A stretch of DNA of 64,000 bases from Eledone cirrhosa (GCA_964016885.1 OZ024741.1:114390001-114454000), one strand, 5' to 3'. Counted from the first letter of the stretch, positions 30,301 to 42,598 are shown. The notes: generated by a model not told the origin, from the letters alone. Program-made: numbers and translations.

Positions 30301-31500
30301 TCCCATCTGGGAAATGGCCATGCTCAGTGTGTAGGAAAGGCGTAGGCAGAAACTCCATTTTATGTCCCAAATGCAAAGTATGGGTGCATAAAAGATGTAG
30401 TGGGATCACAGGTAAGCTAACTAAGAACATAGATTTTACATGTGGCCGGTGCTCTGGTGCAATAAGTAGCAGCAAGTGCCCACAAAATACTAGCTCCTTC
30501 AACTGCGCAGAGGGTTCTATAGAAATAGTGGACAGCTTCTGTTACCTGGGTGACAAAATCAGCAGTGGGGGAGGGTGCTCTGAAAGTACAGTAGCTAGAG
30601 TCAGAACTGGATGGAAAAAGTTCAGAGAGCTTATACCACTATTAGCCGCTAGAGGGTTCTCCCTAAAAATGAAAGGCAGGTTATACGATGCCTGCATACG
30701 AACAGCAATGCTGCATGGCAGTGAGACCTGGGCATTGTGTGCAGAGGATATACGCAGACTAGAGAGGAACGAAGCTTGCATGCTCCGCTGGATGTGCAAT
30801 AGTAATATACGTGAACGGCAAAGCATAAACGAACTAAGGAAAAAATTAGAAATAAGAGGGATCAGATGTTGTTTACTCGAGAGAAGGCTACGTTGGTACG
30901 GTCACGTGATGCGCATGAAAGACGACAGCTGTATAACAAAGTGCAGGGCAATAAAGATAGACGGTAGCCACGGAGTAGGCAGACCCAGAAAAACATGGGA
31001 CGAGCTGATAAATTCCGACCTCACACGCTTACACCTCTCCAAGACAATGTCACTGGACCGAGACCTTTGGCGGTACTCAGTAATAGAGAAGACCCGCCTT
31101 ACCTAAATACAAAGTAAAAACCTACTACAGTCAGTAGGCATCTCTATCAAAACACCCCCCCATCCCACCACCTCCACCCCATCCACACCGCCCCTTTCAA
31201 TGTAAAGTTATGTTGGTCCCACAACATCCAGGCCGAAACAAATGAGATCGTGTAGGTGTCACGACAAAAAAACACACAGTCCACGCTGTAAATGTGGGCG
31301 TGAGGCAACACGGTAAAAACCTCCCAGCCCCACACTGTGATTGTGGTTGGTGTTAGGAAGGGCATCCAACTGTAGAAAACCCGCCAGACAGTCCTATGCG
31401 CGCAAGACAACCACTCTTGCCTCAAGTGGGAAAACCCCCGTCCAAACCCATGCAAGCGTGGAACACGGACGCTAAACCTGATGATGATGATGATGATGAT
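27313..31500 (+). mobile_element. Apparently full-length RTE-clade LINE
   Basis: About 600-bp 5' region, intact ORF, about 390-bp 3' UTR ending in (GAT)n, embedded in (TA)n. Confidence 0.92.
27921..31106 (+). CDS. RTE LINE polyprotein: APE endonuclease, reverse transcriptase, PHD-type zinc finger
   Basis: 1061 aa uninterrupted. [69 protein letters not shown]. Confidence 0.96.
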   Translation: MQKITTNSPHAAGRKGKAPPSLLRPRMANITPTPSTTSLPAPHPPNAIQNFRVRTMNVGTLKGRSNEVVEMLERKEVDVCCIQETRWRGGSARFIVGKKRCYKLFWVGNDNGLGGVGIMLAEKWADKIIDVNRVNDRIIKIRLVLNKTTVTVISAYAPQSGLPGAIKDRFYETLMLATSQITDSDYIVIAGDLNGHVGQHCDGYDGIHGGYGFGTRNEEGSRILEFCDANNLTICNTNFKKRDNHLITYRLGERTSQVDYILTRRRDRVSVVNTKSLPHEEFTSQHRLIISDLIVRMRHTRQRKRTILRRKIWKLKDPIARNKFQSILLDAFDSKEEQLESYNIEEQWEFLRANLLTAADEVCGWSRPVGRRRVTWWWNNKVEESIKAKKQAWKVWRDGGSREDYQVARREARRQVYFARREAEEIKFKHVLQREDQKREVFRIARQCVKENRDIVGEKCVLNDDGILAITDADKKVAWKCHYERLLNEENKWEKDSLPHIDPIEGPAVLVQGSTISKAIKDMKTGKAVGPSEIVAEMLKASGSVGHTMVTRIVNQVVQNGVVPKDWRSSIIVNCYKGKGDALDRSNYRGIKLIDQVMKVTEKVIAQLIRERIDLDEMQFGFVSGKSTTDALFIVRQLQEKYLAKSKPLYLAFVDLEKAFDRVPRSIIWWSLRKLGVDEWLVRAIQAMYKETVSKVRINNEYSEEFSVKVGVHQGSVLSPLLFIIALQAITEEFKTGCTWELLYADDLTLIAESMTELEKKFQTWKHGLESKGLKINLAKTKVLVCRKENKAAVPSGKWPCSVCRKGVGRNSILCPKCKVWVHKRCSGITGKLTKNIDFTCGRCSGAISSSKCPQNTSSFNCAEGSIEIVDSFCYLGDKISSGGGCSESTVARVRTGWKKFRELIPLLAARGFSLKMKGRLYDACIRTAMLHGSETWALCAEDIRRLERNEACMLRWMCNSNIRERQSINELRKKLEIRGIRCCLLERRLRWYGHVMRMKDDSCITKCRAIKIDGSHGVGRPRKTWDELINSDLTRLHLSKTMSLDRDLWRYSVIEKTRLT

Positions 31501-31505
31501 ATATG

Positions 31506-31586
<81 letters not shown>

Positions 31587-31613
31587 GTATATACATATGT
31601 ATATATATATATG

Positions 31614-31647
<34 letters not shown>

Positions 31648-31693
31648 CATATATATATATATATATGTATATACATATATATATATATATATG

Positions 31694-31727
<34 letters not shown>

Positions 31728-31777
31728 CATATGTATATATATATATGTATATACATATATATATATATATATATATG

Positions 31778-31811
<34 letters not shown>

Positions 31812-31903
31812 CATATGTATATATATATATATATGTATATACATATGTATATATATATATATATATATACATATGTATATATATATATATGTATATACAT
31901 ATG

Positions 31904-31937
<34 letters not shown>

Positions 31938-31991
31938 TATGTATATTCATATATATATATGTATATATATATATATATGTATATATATATG

Positions 31992-32038
<47 letters not shown>

Positions 32039-32119
32039 GTATATGTATATGTATATATGTATATATATGTATATATGTATATACATATATATATGTATAT
32101 ACATATGTATATACATATG

Positions 32120-32306
32120 TATCATCATCATCATCATTTTACGTCCGCTTTTCCCTGCTTGCAAGGGTGGGACGGGAATTGATTCTGGCTTGATTTCTAC
32201 AGCTGGATGCCCTTCCTAACACCAACATCATTCTACAGTGAGTGATGTGTGCTTTTTTGCCATGGCACCTCCACGACCACTTTGCAGTGGAATGATAGGG
32301 ACCCCA
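32120..32306 (-). mobile_element. RTE-tailed SINE 3' part (also 34367-34560 +, 36915-37170 -)
   Basis: ggggtccctatcattccactgcaaagtggtcgtggagg...ggaagggcatccagctgtagaaatcaagccag...ggacgtaaaatgatgat. Confidence 0.8.
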
Positions 32307-32308
32307 GT

Positions 32309-32347
<39 letters not shown>

Positions 32348-32517
32348 CATATGTATATACATATATATATATATATATGTATATACATATATATATATAC
32401 ATATATATGTATATATGTATATACACATATATATATACATATATATGTATATACATATATATGTATATCTGTATATACATATATATGTATATACATATAT
32501 ATATATATATGTATCTA

Positions 32518-33183
32518 TAAAAAATTAGAAATAAGAGGGATCAGATGTTGTTTACTCGAGAGAAGGCTACGTTGGTATGGTCACGTGATGCGCATGAAGG
32601 ACGATAGCTGTATAACAAAGTGCAGGGCAATAAAGATAGACGGTAGCCACGGAATAGGCAGACCCAGAAAAACCTGGGACGAGCTGATAAACTCCGACCT
32701 CACACACTTACACCTCACCAAGACAATGTCACTGGACCGAGACCTTTGGCGGTACTCAGTAATAGAGAAGGCCCGCCTTACCTAAATACAAAGTAAAACC
32801 TACTACAGTCAGTAGGCATCTCTAACAAAATACACCCCCGTCCCACCACCCCCACCCCACCCCATCCACAGCGCCCCTTCTATGTAAAGTTATGTTGGTG
32901 CCACACCATCCAGGCCGAAACAAATGAGATCGTGTAGGTGTCACGACAAAAAAACACACAGTCCACGCTGTAATGTGGCCGTGTAGGCAACATGGTAAAA
33001 ACCTCCCAGACCCACACTGTAAACGTGGTTGGTGTTAGGAAGGGCATCCAACTGTAGAAAACCTGCCAGACAGTCCTATGCGAGCAAGACAATCACTCTT
33101 GCCTCAAGTGGGAAAACCCCCGTCCAAACCCATGCAAGCGTGGAACACGGACGTTAAACGTTGATGATGATGATGATGATGAT
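32518..33183 (+). mobile_element. 5'-truncated copy of the 27.3-kb RTE (last about 88 codons plus 3' UTR)
   Basis: [23 protein letters not shown]...ARLT* is near-identical to 30840-31106. Confidence 0.93.
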
Positions 33184-33234
33184 ATATATATATATATATA
33201 TATACATATGTATATACATATATATATACATATG

Positions 33235-33285
<51 letters not shown>

Positions 33286-33292
33286 GTATATA

Positions 33293-33642
33293 CATCATCA
33301 TCATCATCATCATCATCATCATTTTACGTCCGCTTTTCCCTGCTTGCAAGGGTGGGACGGGTCTTATTCAGCACAGCATCTCTCCACTCGTCACGGTCCC
33401 TCGTCATCTCCACCGTGAGCTTCAATGATCTGAGGTCTACCACGTCTTCCTTCAACTGGCATTTCCTGGCACTTCTTCACCCATCGGTCATCCTCCATGC
33501 GCATCACATGTCCATACCACCTCAGTCTCCTCTCCCGTACACTACATTCTATCCCTCTCAGACACAGTTTCTCTCTCAACACATTTATGCTGGGTCGTTC
33601 ATGCACATTTACACTGCACATCCAACGGAGCATGCTTGCCTC
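33293..33642 (-). mobile_element. 3' end of a different RTE subfamily (shorter piece at 42598-42678)
   Basis: [46 protein letters not shown], followed by a short UTR and (GAT)n. Confidence 0.85.
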
Positions 33643-33764
33643 ATATATATATATATGTATATACATATATATGTATATATACATATGCACATATATATAT
33701 ATATGTATATACATATATATATATATATATGTATATACATATGTATATATATATATATATATAC

Positions 33765-34041
33765 ATAGCTTTCACCGTATTTTTAACTAAAGGAATTTTA
33801 GCTTGATAACGGGGTTTAGAACCCTCAGATAAATGGAAAAAGATGAGTATTGACGTACATGGGAGTCGAAGCTACATCTATGGATTCGACTCCCATGTAC
33901 GTGAATACTCATCTTTTTACCATTTATCTGAGGGTTCTAAACCCCGTTATCAAGCTAAAATTCCTTTAGTTAAAAATACGGTGAAAGCTATATATTTTCT
34001 AATTTCAAACTCGCTCACTGTTTCAAAACATACTTACTTGA
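33765..34041. mobile_element. Hairpin insertion (about 106-bp arms, 14-nt spacer, about 50-nt tail)
   Basis: Arms 33765-33870 and 33885-33991, tail 33992-34041, (TA)n flanks. No HHR core found. Confidence 0.75.
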
Positions 34042-34252
34042 TATATATATACATATATATGTATTGGAAAATGTGTGTAATCCTTGGTACAGTTAGGTAT
34101 ATTAAGACAGGGAGGAAGAAAAAAATGGCTTCACTTGTGCTTTCAACAAATTTTTTTCTTCACAAAATCAAAAAAGAATTTTTTTCCGGATTAGAAAAAA
34201 TTTAAAAAAAAAAGATTTTTTTTATAAATTGAACATATATATATGTATATAC

Positions 34253-34301
<49 letters not shown>

Positions 34302-34694
34302 CATATGTATATATATATATATATATATATGTATATACATATGTATATATATATATATATATATATACTGGGGTCCCTATCATTCCACTGCAAAGTGGTC
34401 GTGGAGGTGCCACGGCAAAAAAGCACACAGCACTCACTGTAAAATGAGGTTGGTGTTAGGAAGGGCATCCAGCTGTAGAAATCAAGCCAGAATCAGTTCC
34501 CGTCCCACCCTTGCAAGCAGGGAAAAGTGGACGTAAAATGATGATGATGATGATGATGATACATATGTATATACATATATATATATCATTTCTACAGCTG
34601 AGTAAACTGGAGCAATGTGAAATAAAGTGTCTTGCTTAAGGAAACAACACATTCGATTGCAAGGCCAATGCTCTAACCACTAAGCCATGTGCCT

Positions 34695-34725
<31 letters not shown>

Positions 34726-34729
<4 letters not shown>

Positions 34730-34925
34730 TATTTTATAGAAGGAACTTCTACAGGACTAGTACTGTTTCATTCAGATGAAATCTTCAGAGCTTCCTGAAG
34801 ATTTCATCTGAATGAAACAGTACTAGTCCTGTAGAAGTTCCTTCTATAAAATAAAAAAATTTTACTCTGCCATGTATTGAGTACCTTACTTACTGTGGTT
34901 ATCCCCGACTCAACCCGGGACCTAC
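34726..34925. mobile_element. Hairpin HHR mini-element
   Basis: Arms 34726-34788 and 34795-34857, 6-nt spacer, tail 34858-34925 with gtattgagtac. Confidence 0.8.
34789..34839 (+). ncRNA. Type I hammerhead ribozyme motif
   Basis: agcttc-CTGAAGA-t-ttca-tc-tgaa-t-GAAAC-ag..ct-GTA-gaagtt. 6-bp stem I. Confidence 0.75.
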
Positions 34926-35046
34926 GTATATATATATATATATATATGTATGTATATATATATATGTATGTATATGTATGTATGTATGTATATATATATA
35001 TATGTATGTATATGTATGTATGTATGTATATATATATATATGTATG

Positions 35047-35136
<90 letters not shown>

Positions 35137-35162
35137 TATATGTATGTATATATATATGTATG

Positions 35163-35194
<32 letters not shown>

Positions 35195-35199
<5 letters not shown>

Positions 35200-36488
35200 G
35201 TGAATATAGACATAGAATATTCGAAAATATTCTGTATGTTTATAATAAACATTTTGAAGACCTAATCGCTATAGAATAGAATACGTCACGTATTACAATT
35301 AGATTCTCGATAAAAGCAAGGGAAGTAATCTACGCGTTTCATTCTTGTTAGAAATCATCAGGACCACATATCCAGTGCTTTTATCGAGAATGACACAGCT
35401 AGAGACTTATAGAATACTTAGCTGTGTACAGGAACTGGTTTGAAAGAGCGGTTGCCGGTCCGGCAGAAATTAGAAATTGGAATAAATGCTCTGAAATAGC
35501 GATATATATGTGAATATAGACATAGAATATTCGAAAATATTCTGTATGTTTATAATAAACATTTTGAAGACCTAATCGCTATAGAATAGAATACGTCACG
35601 TATTACAATTAGATTCTCGATAAAAGCAAGGGAAGTAATCTACGCGTTTCATTCTTGTTAGAAATCATCAGGACCACATATCCAGTGCTTTTATCGAGAA
35701 TGACACAGCTAGAGACTTATAGAATACTTAGCTGTGTACAGGAACTGGTTTGAAAGAGCGGTTGCCGGTCCGGCAGAAATTAGAAATTGGAAAAACATAC
35801 AGAATATTTTCGAATATTCTATGTCTATATTCACATATATATCGCTATTTCAGAGCATTTATTCCAATTTCTAATTTCTGCCGGACCGGCAACCGCTCTT
35901 TCAAACCAGTTCCTGTACACAGCTAAGTATTCTATAAGTCTCTAGCTGTGTCATTCTCGATAAAAGCACTGGATATGTGGTCCTGATGATTTCTAACAAG
36001 AATGAAACGCGTAGATTACTTCCCTTGCTTTTATCGAGAATCTAATTGTAATACGTGACGTATTCTATTCTATAGCGATTAGGTCTTCAAAATGTTTATT
36101 ATAAACATACAGAATATTTTCGAATATTCTATGTCTATATTCACATATATATCGCTATTTCAGAGCATTTATTCCAATTTCTAATTTCTGCCGGACCGGC
36201 AACCGCTCTTTCAAACCAGTTCCTGTACACAGCTAAGTATTCTATAAGTCTCTAGCTGTGTCATTCTCGATAAAAGCACTGGATATGTGGTCCTGATGAT
36301 TTCTAACAAGAATGAAACGCGTAGATTACTTCCCTTGCTTTTATCGAGAATCTAATTGTAATACGTGACGTATTCTATTCTATAGCGATTAGGTCTTCAA
36401 AATGTTTATTATAAACATACAGAATATTTTCGAATATTCTATGTCTATATTCACATATATATCGCTATTTCAGAGCATTTATTCCAAT
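35195..36488. mobile_element. Retrozyme-like array: 310-bp non-coding HHR unit, about 1.9 antisense copies then about 2.25 sense copies
   Basis: Period 310 (35201/35511 and 35793/36103/36413). Inversion near 35792. Four HHR copies. Confidence 0.85.
35977..36019 (+). ncRNA. Type I hammerhead ribozyme (copies: 36287-36329 +, 35325-35367 -, 35635-35677 -)
   Basis: gtggtc-CTGATGA-t-ttc-taacaa-gaa-t-GAAAC-gc-GTA-gattac. Distal stem I extension attctcgataaaagca / tgcttttatcgagaat. Confidence 0.85.
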
Positions 36489-36577
36489 TAGTATGTATAT
36501 ATATATATATGTATGTATATATATATATATATGTATGTATGTATATATATATATATGTATGTATATATATATGTACG

Positions 36578-36617
<40 letters not shown>

Positions 36618-36643
36618 TATATGTATGTATATATATATGTACG

Positions 36644-36683
<40 letters not shown>

Positions 36684-37208
36684 TATATGTATGTATATAT
36701 GTATGTATATATATATGTATGTATATATATATATATGTATGTATATATATATGTATGTATATATATATGTATGTATATATATATGTATGTATATATATAT
36801 GTATGTATATATATATGTATGTATATATATATGTATGTATATATATATATATATGTATGTATATATATATATGTATATATATATATATGTATTTCATTTC
36901 ATTCATTTTCATTTTTCATTTCATTTTACGTCCGCTTTTTCCTTGCTTGCAAGGGTGGGACGGGAACTGATTCTGGCTTGATTTCTACAGCTGGATGCCC
37001 TTCCTAACACCAACCTCATTTACAGTGAGTGCTGGGTGCTTTTTTGCCGTGGCACCTCCACGTCCACTTTGCAGTGGAATGATAGGGACCCCAGTCCCTA
37101 TCATCTCATTTCTACAGCTGAGTAAACTGGAGCAATGTGAAATAAAGTGTCTTGCTCAAGGAAACAACACATCACATATATATATGTATGTATATATATA
37201 TATGTATG

Positions 37209-37239
<31 letters not shown>

Positions 37240-37274
37240 ATATATGTATGTATATGTATATATATATATGTATG

Positions 37275-37371
<97 letters not shown>

Positions 37372-37392
37372 GTATATGTATATATATATATG

Positions 37393-37690
37393 AATATGTA
37401 TTGGTATGTCTCTCGGCTGAAAAGGAGGTCATATAACTGTCCATGCATTAATAAATTGCTCCGAAGAATCCAAACCTCGGTTTGGAGGAAACAGCTGTAA
37501 GCACAATAATGTTTTGAACAGTTCTTTGATTCTTATATTTCATATAACTGCTCTGTAAATCATCTGATGTTTTTACATTGAGCTACTTAACTTACTGGTA
37601 ATAAGGTAGTAATACATTACTGCCTACCACTATTTAGGGTGTGTGTAAAATACTTACAACTGCTTAAGGTTTTGTGTTTACATAACCATA
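37393..37690 (+). mobile_element. Solo pLTR-like fragment with HHR (37457-37503), related to the 3' end of the 23.3-kb PLE
   Basis: tgct-CCGAAGA-a-tccaaacc-tc-ggtttgga-g-GAAAC-agct-GTA-agca. Shares upstream tgaaaaggaggtca. Confidence 0.75.
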
Positions 37691-37735
37691 AATAGTATAA
37701 CTAATACTATATATATATATATATTTATATATATG

Positions 37736-37772
<37 letters not shown>

Positions 37773-37773
37773 G

Positions 37774-37892
<119 letters not shown>

Positions 37893-37919
37893 GTATATAT
37901 ATATATATGTATATATATG

Positions 37920-37952
<33 letters not shown>

Positions 37953-37953
37953 G

Positions 37954-37985
<32 letters not shown>

Positions 37986-38034
37986 TGCATATATATATGT
38001 ATATATATATATATATATATTATGTATATATATA

Positions 38035-38075
<41 letters not shown>

Positions 38076-38079
<4 letters not shown>

Positions 38080-40800
38080 CGAACTGTACGGTCGTTACAT
38101 TGACGACTGTATCGGAGCCACGACCCTCACCCGAGAACAGCTCGACTCCTTTCTCTCCTTCTTCTGCTCCTTCCACCCCTCCCTCCACTTCACCACCTCT
38201 ATCTCCACCACCCACATCCACTTCTTAGACATCTCCGTCGCCGTCGACCCCTCCCACCACTCCCTCGTCACCTCCGCCTTCTTCAAACCCACCGACTCCC
38301 ACTCTTACCTCGACTTCACCTCTTCCCACCCACACTAAACACTCCATTCCCTACTCCCAACTTCTCAGGATCCGCCGCCTCTGTAGCCGTAATGCTGACT
38401 TCGAGTCCCAGGCCCTTTCCCTAGTCAGCCATTTCATCCGCAGAGGTTACCCCCCCCCCCCCCCCGCGCCCGCCCCCCCTCGTCTACACCGCTCTCACCC
38501 CCGCTCGTGCTGTCCCCCGCTCCACCACCCTCATCCCACGCCACCGCACAGCCACCCACCGTCTCCCCTTCCCCATCACCTACCACCCCTCCAACTTACC
38601 CCCTCCACCGCACCATCCTCCGCCTCTTCCGACGCCTCCAGTCCGACTCCTCCACCTCCCACATCTTCCCAACCCCACCACTCCCCTCCAAACGCGCACG
38701 CAATCTCCGCACCCTCCTCGTCCACAGCTCCTTACCCCCAACCCACGCTCTGTTTCCCCCCCCGGTTCCTTTCCCTGTTCTAGGCTCCGCTGCAACACCT
38801 GTCCCCACATCACCAACACCACCACCTTCCAGGGTCCCAACGGCCACTCTCTCTCGGTCCGGCATGCCTTCCGCTGCACCTCCTCCAACCTAGTCTACGG
38901 ACTTCGCTGCACGGAGTGCAGCGCGACTTATGTCGGACAGACGGGATGTCGCCTGGCGGACCGAGTCACGGAGCACCTCCGGGATATTCGTCTCGGGGGC
39001 AGTTCCCCCATCGCCCGCCACTTTGGTGGCCCTGGACACTCCGCACGCCATCTCACAGTCTGTGGCCTACTCCAGTGCCACGGAACACCCGCCTATCGCC
39101 TTACGGTCGAACAACGAACTATCTTCATCTTACAGACCCACACTCCCCCCGGCCTGAACTCCCCACCCTTATTCCTTTAGCGTTCGACCGCCCCCCTCCA
39201 CCCACACTCATCCCCACTAACGCACCCCTCCTTTTCACTGCCCACCCCACACTAACAATACTAACACCTCCACTCCACCCCTCTTCTGATCACCCTTCCC
39301 CAACTAACATACTAACATCCCTTCCCTCCCCTCTTCTCCTCCTCCCCCCTCCTTATCACACGCACACACCCACCGGCACATATATACACGCGCTCACACT
39401 AAACACACACCCTACTACCACCACTAACCCTCACCCCCACACCTCTCACCCAACACCTCCATCCCACCACCCCGCAACTAACCTCACTAACACCCCCTAA
39501 CCCCAAGCACACGAACACACGCACCCACTTACACCACCCACCCCACACACAACTAACATAACTAACACCCCCCAACCCCACGCACACGTACCCACACACC
39601 CTCGTACACCACCAACTCTACACACCCTACCACCACTAACCCCCACTCACACCTGCATTCAACCCCTCCCCACCTCCCGTATACTAACACTCACTAACAC
39701 CTCTTCATCAAACTACACACACACCAGTACACCACACTCCCTCCATAGAACCACACACACCCTTCTCTCCCCACTCCACCCACACCCTCGCTCCACACTC
39801 ACTCATCCCACTAACACCCCTACTAATACACACACACACCCTCCTCACTCCAACTTTCACACCTACCCATCCTCGCCCCCTACCATTCCACTGACTGCTG
39901 CTGTGCCCTCTGGCCACCTCCCAGCACCAACAGACCACATCACTCCCACTGCTGACCACTTCCTGTTGCGCGCGCACCCCACCTCTCTCCTCTTCCGACC
40001 ACCACTTCATGGATTACCCACACGCAGAATTTGACTTACAAACAATCTACTAAACATCCTTGGAACTTACCAACTTTTCAACCATCCTCTTGCATAATCA
40101 CCTATATAACTCACCCGCACACACACCCGAAAAAAAAATTTTTTCTCCACACATCACCCACACCCACAACACGCTTAAACCCCACACACACGTGCTTCCC
40201 ACCACATATTTACACCCTCAGCCTCCTGATTCCTCTCCGCCCACCCCCTATCCACACACGCACAGACACTCCGACCCACAAAAACACCCCCCACACACAG
40301 CCCTTCCTGAACATGCAACCCCGTTTTTCCCCCAACCCTTACTTTCACATACACACACACACACACGCACACCTACACACACACACCACCTTCAGCCCTC
40401 CCTGCTCGGACACCCCGTCTCCCTCTCCCCACTCCACCCGCCACCACCCCTACTCACCCCACACCCTTCCACCACCTGTTTACCCCCCTTTTAATTTCAG
40501 TTTATTTTGATCATGCCTTTATTTTTAAATTTTCTCATTCCTTGTATTTTGATCATGCTTTATTTTTATTTTTTATCTTTATTTGTTTTTTTCCATTCGC
40601 ACCGTTTCCTTTCGCTATATGTCTCTCCACCACTCCCCTACACACCTTTTGAACTCTGTTCCCACACACTTCTCACCTGAGGAAGGGGTTATGCCCGAAA
40701 CGTCGTCCCCCACCTACCCCCCACTCTCCTGAGCGTGAAATTAATAAACATTTATTGTACTGCCTCTCTGTTTTGTCCCTGTACAAAAATTTTTTCATTA
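38076..40800 (+). mobile_element. 5'-truncated Penelope-like element (Neptune-like), frameshifted RT-GIY-YIG, C-rich 3' UTR
   Basis: [51 protein letters not shown] linker, NLVYGLRC..C..TYVGQT..R..EH, PPGLN. HHR-like CTGAGGAagg..cccGAAACGTC at 40677-40704. Confidence 0.88.
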
Positions 40801-40828
40801 TATTATATATATATATATATATATATAT

Positions 40829-40956
<128 letters not shown>

Positions 40957-40960
40957 TATG

Positions 40961-41119
<159 letters not shown>

Positions 41120-41127
41120 GTATATAT

Positions 41128-41650
41128 ATCATCATCATCATCATCATCACCGTTTTACGTCCGTTCTTCCACGCTAGCATGGGTTAGACGGGTTGTCCTG
41201 TTGTGGGCAGTGTCTGGTTGGCTGACCATGCCTTGCTCATACAGGAACTGATCTGGCTTGATTTCTACAGCTGGATGCCCTTCCTAACACCAACCTCATT
41301 TACAGTGAGTGCTGGGTGCTTTTTCGTGGCGCCTACACGTCCACTTTACAGTGTGGGCTGGGTGCTTTTTTGCCGTGGCACCTCCACGACCACCTTGCGG
41401 TGGGGGGGGGGGGGGGGGCATATTGTTTATATGCTTCAGCATGTACCCATGGGAGGTCGGGTACCCTGTATTACTGCGTGACGCCAGAAGTCACGGTCGT
41501 GTGTCATTGACTTTGAGAGGTGTAGTTGGGTAAGGTCGGCTTTTATCACCTCATCCCAAGTCATCTTGGGTCTCCCCACTCCGCGGTTTCCATCAACTTC
41601 TAGTGCTCTGCACCTTTTTATGCAGCTGTCATCCTTCATACGCATCCTTC
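41128..41650 (-). mobile_element. RTE 3' end (second subfamily) with ORF tail
   Basis: [34 protein letters not shown].., then UTR and (GAT)n. Confidence 0.88.
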
Positions 41651-42004
41651 ATAATATATATATATGGTAAATATCTTTAAGTCGTTTGGAAGCCTCGACA
41701 ATGCAAATGGGTAAATCTCCGGGTAACAAGATCCGGTGGTGGAGAGAGAGATGTAAGTGGGTGTACGTTGAGATGCGTGGTGTGTATAAGATGTGTAGAG
41801 GAATGAAGGAAAGAGTCTAAAGGATAAAATAAAAATAACAACACGAGAGAGAGTTACCTTGGGAGAGATTTAATTGTCCCTATATATTTCGGATTCGCAT
41901 CCATCAACTGGGGGTTTTTTCCGGGGTGGGGGAAAGGTTGTCTGTCGGAAAGGTGCGAAACGCGTCCTCCGCTGTTTGTTGTTTTGAATATCTATATATA
42001 TATC

Positions 42005-42042
<38 letters not shown>

Positions 42043-42105
42043 ATATTATATATATATTATATATGTATATACATATATGTATATATATACATATATGTAT
42101 ATATA

Positions 42106-42148
<43 letters not shown>

Positions 42149-42321
42149 ATACATATGTATATATATTATATATATATATACATATGTATATATATTATAT
42201 ATATATATACATATGTATATATATTATATATATATATACATATGTATATAAATATATATATATATATATACATATGTATATATATATATATATACATATG
42301 TATATATATATATATATATAC

Positions 42322-42359
<38 letters not shown>

Positions 42360-42440
42360 GTATATATATATCTATATATATATATACATATGTATATATA
42401 TATATACATATGTATATATATATATATATATATATGTATA

Positions 42441-42561
42441 TAGTAATAATAATAAAATTGAAGACTAAAATCCAAAGAGGGCTCGATAAGGAAAATATAT
42501 ATCAAATATATAAGAAGACTAAAATCCCTCTTTGGATTTTAGTCTTCAATTTTATTATTAT

Positions 42562-42566
<5 letters not shown>
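42441..42566. mobile_element. Short hairpin made from the terminus of the 44150 family
   Basis: 41-bp arms tagtaataataataaaattgaagactaaaatccaaagaggg / ccctctttggattttagtcttcaattttattattattacta. Confidence 0.75.

Positions 42567-42598
<32 letters not shown>

Noticed and set aside
29135-30826. Antisense ORFs within the RTE
   Set aside because: Shadow ORFs of the coding strand.
35195-36488. CRISPR-like or satellite interpretation of the 310-bp repeats
   Set aside because: No unique spacers, eukaryotic context, and the HHR plus inversion explain it better.
38507-40510. Pro/His/Thr-rich ORFs
   Set aside because: Alternative frames of the C-rich PLE ORF and UTR.
41665-41990. Possible HHRs (minus ttgatgg..ccgaaatatata; plus gaaacgcgtc)
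   Set aside because: Core lacks CUGANGA and the stems are unconvincing. Probably a decayed pLTR.
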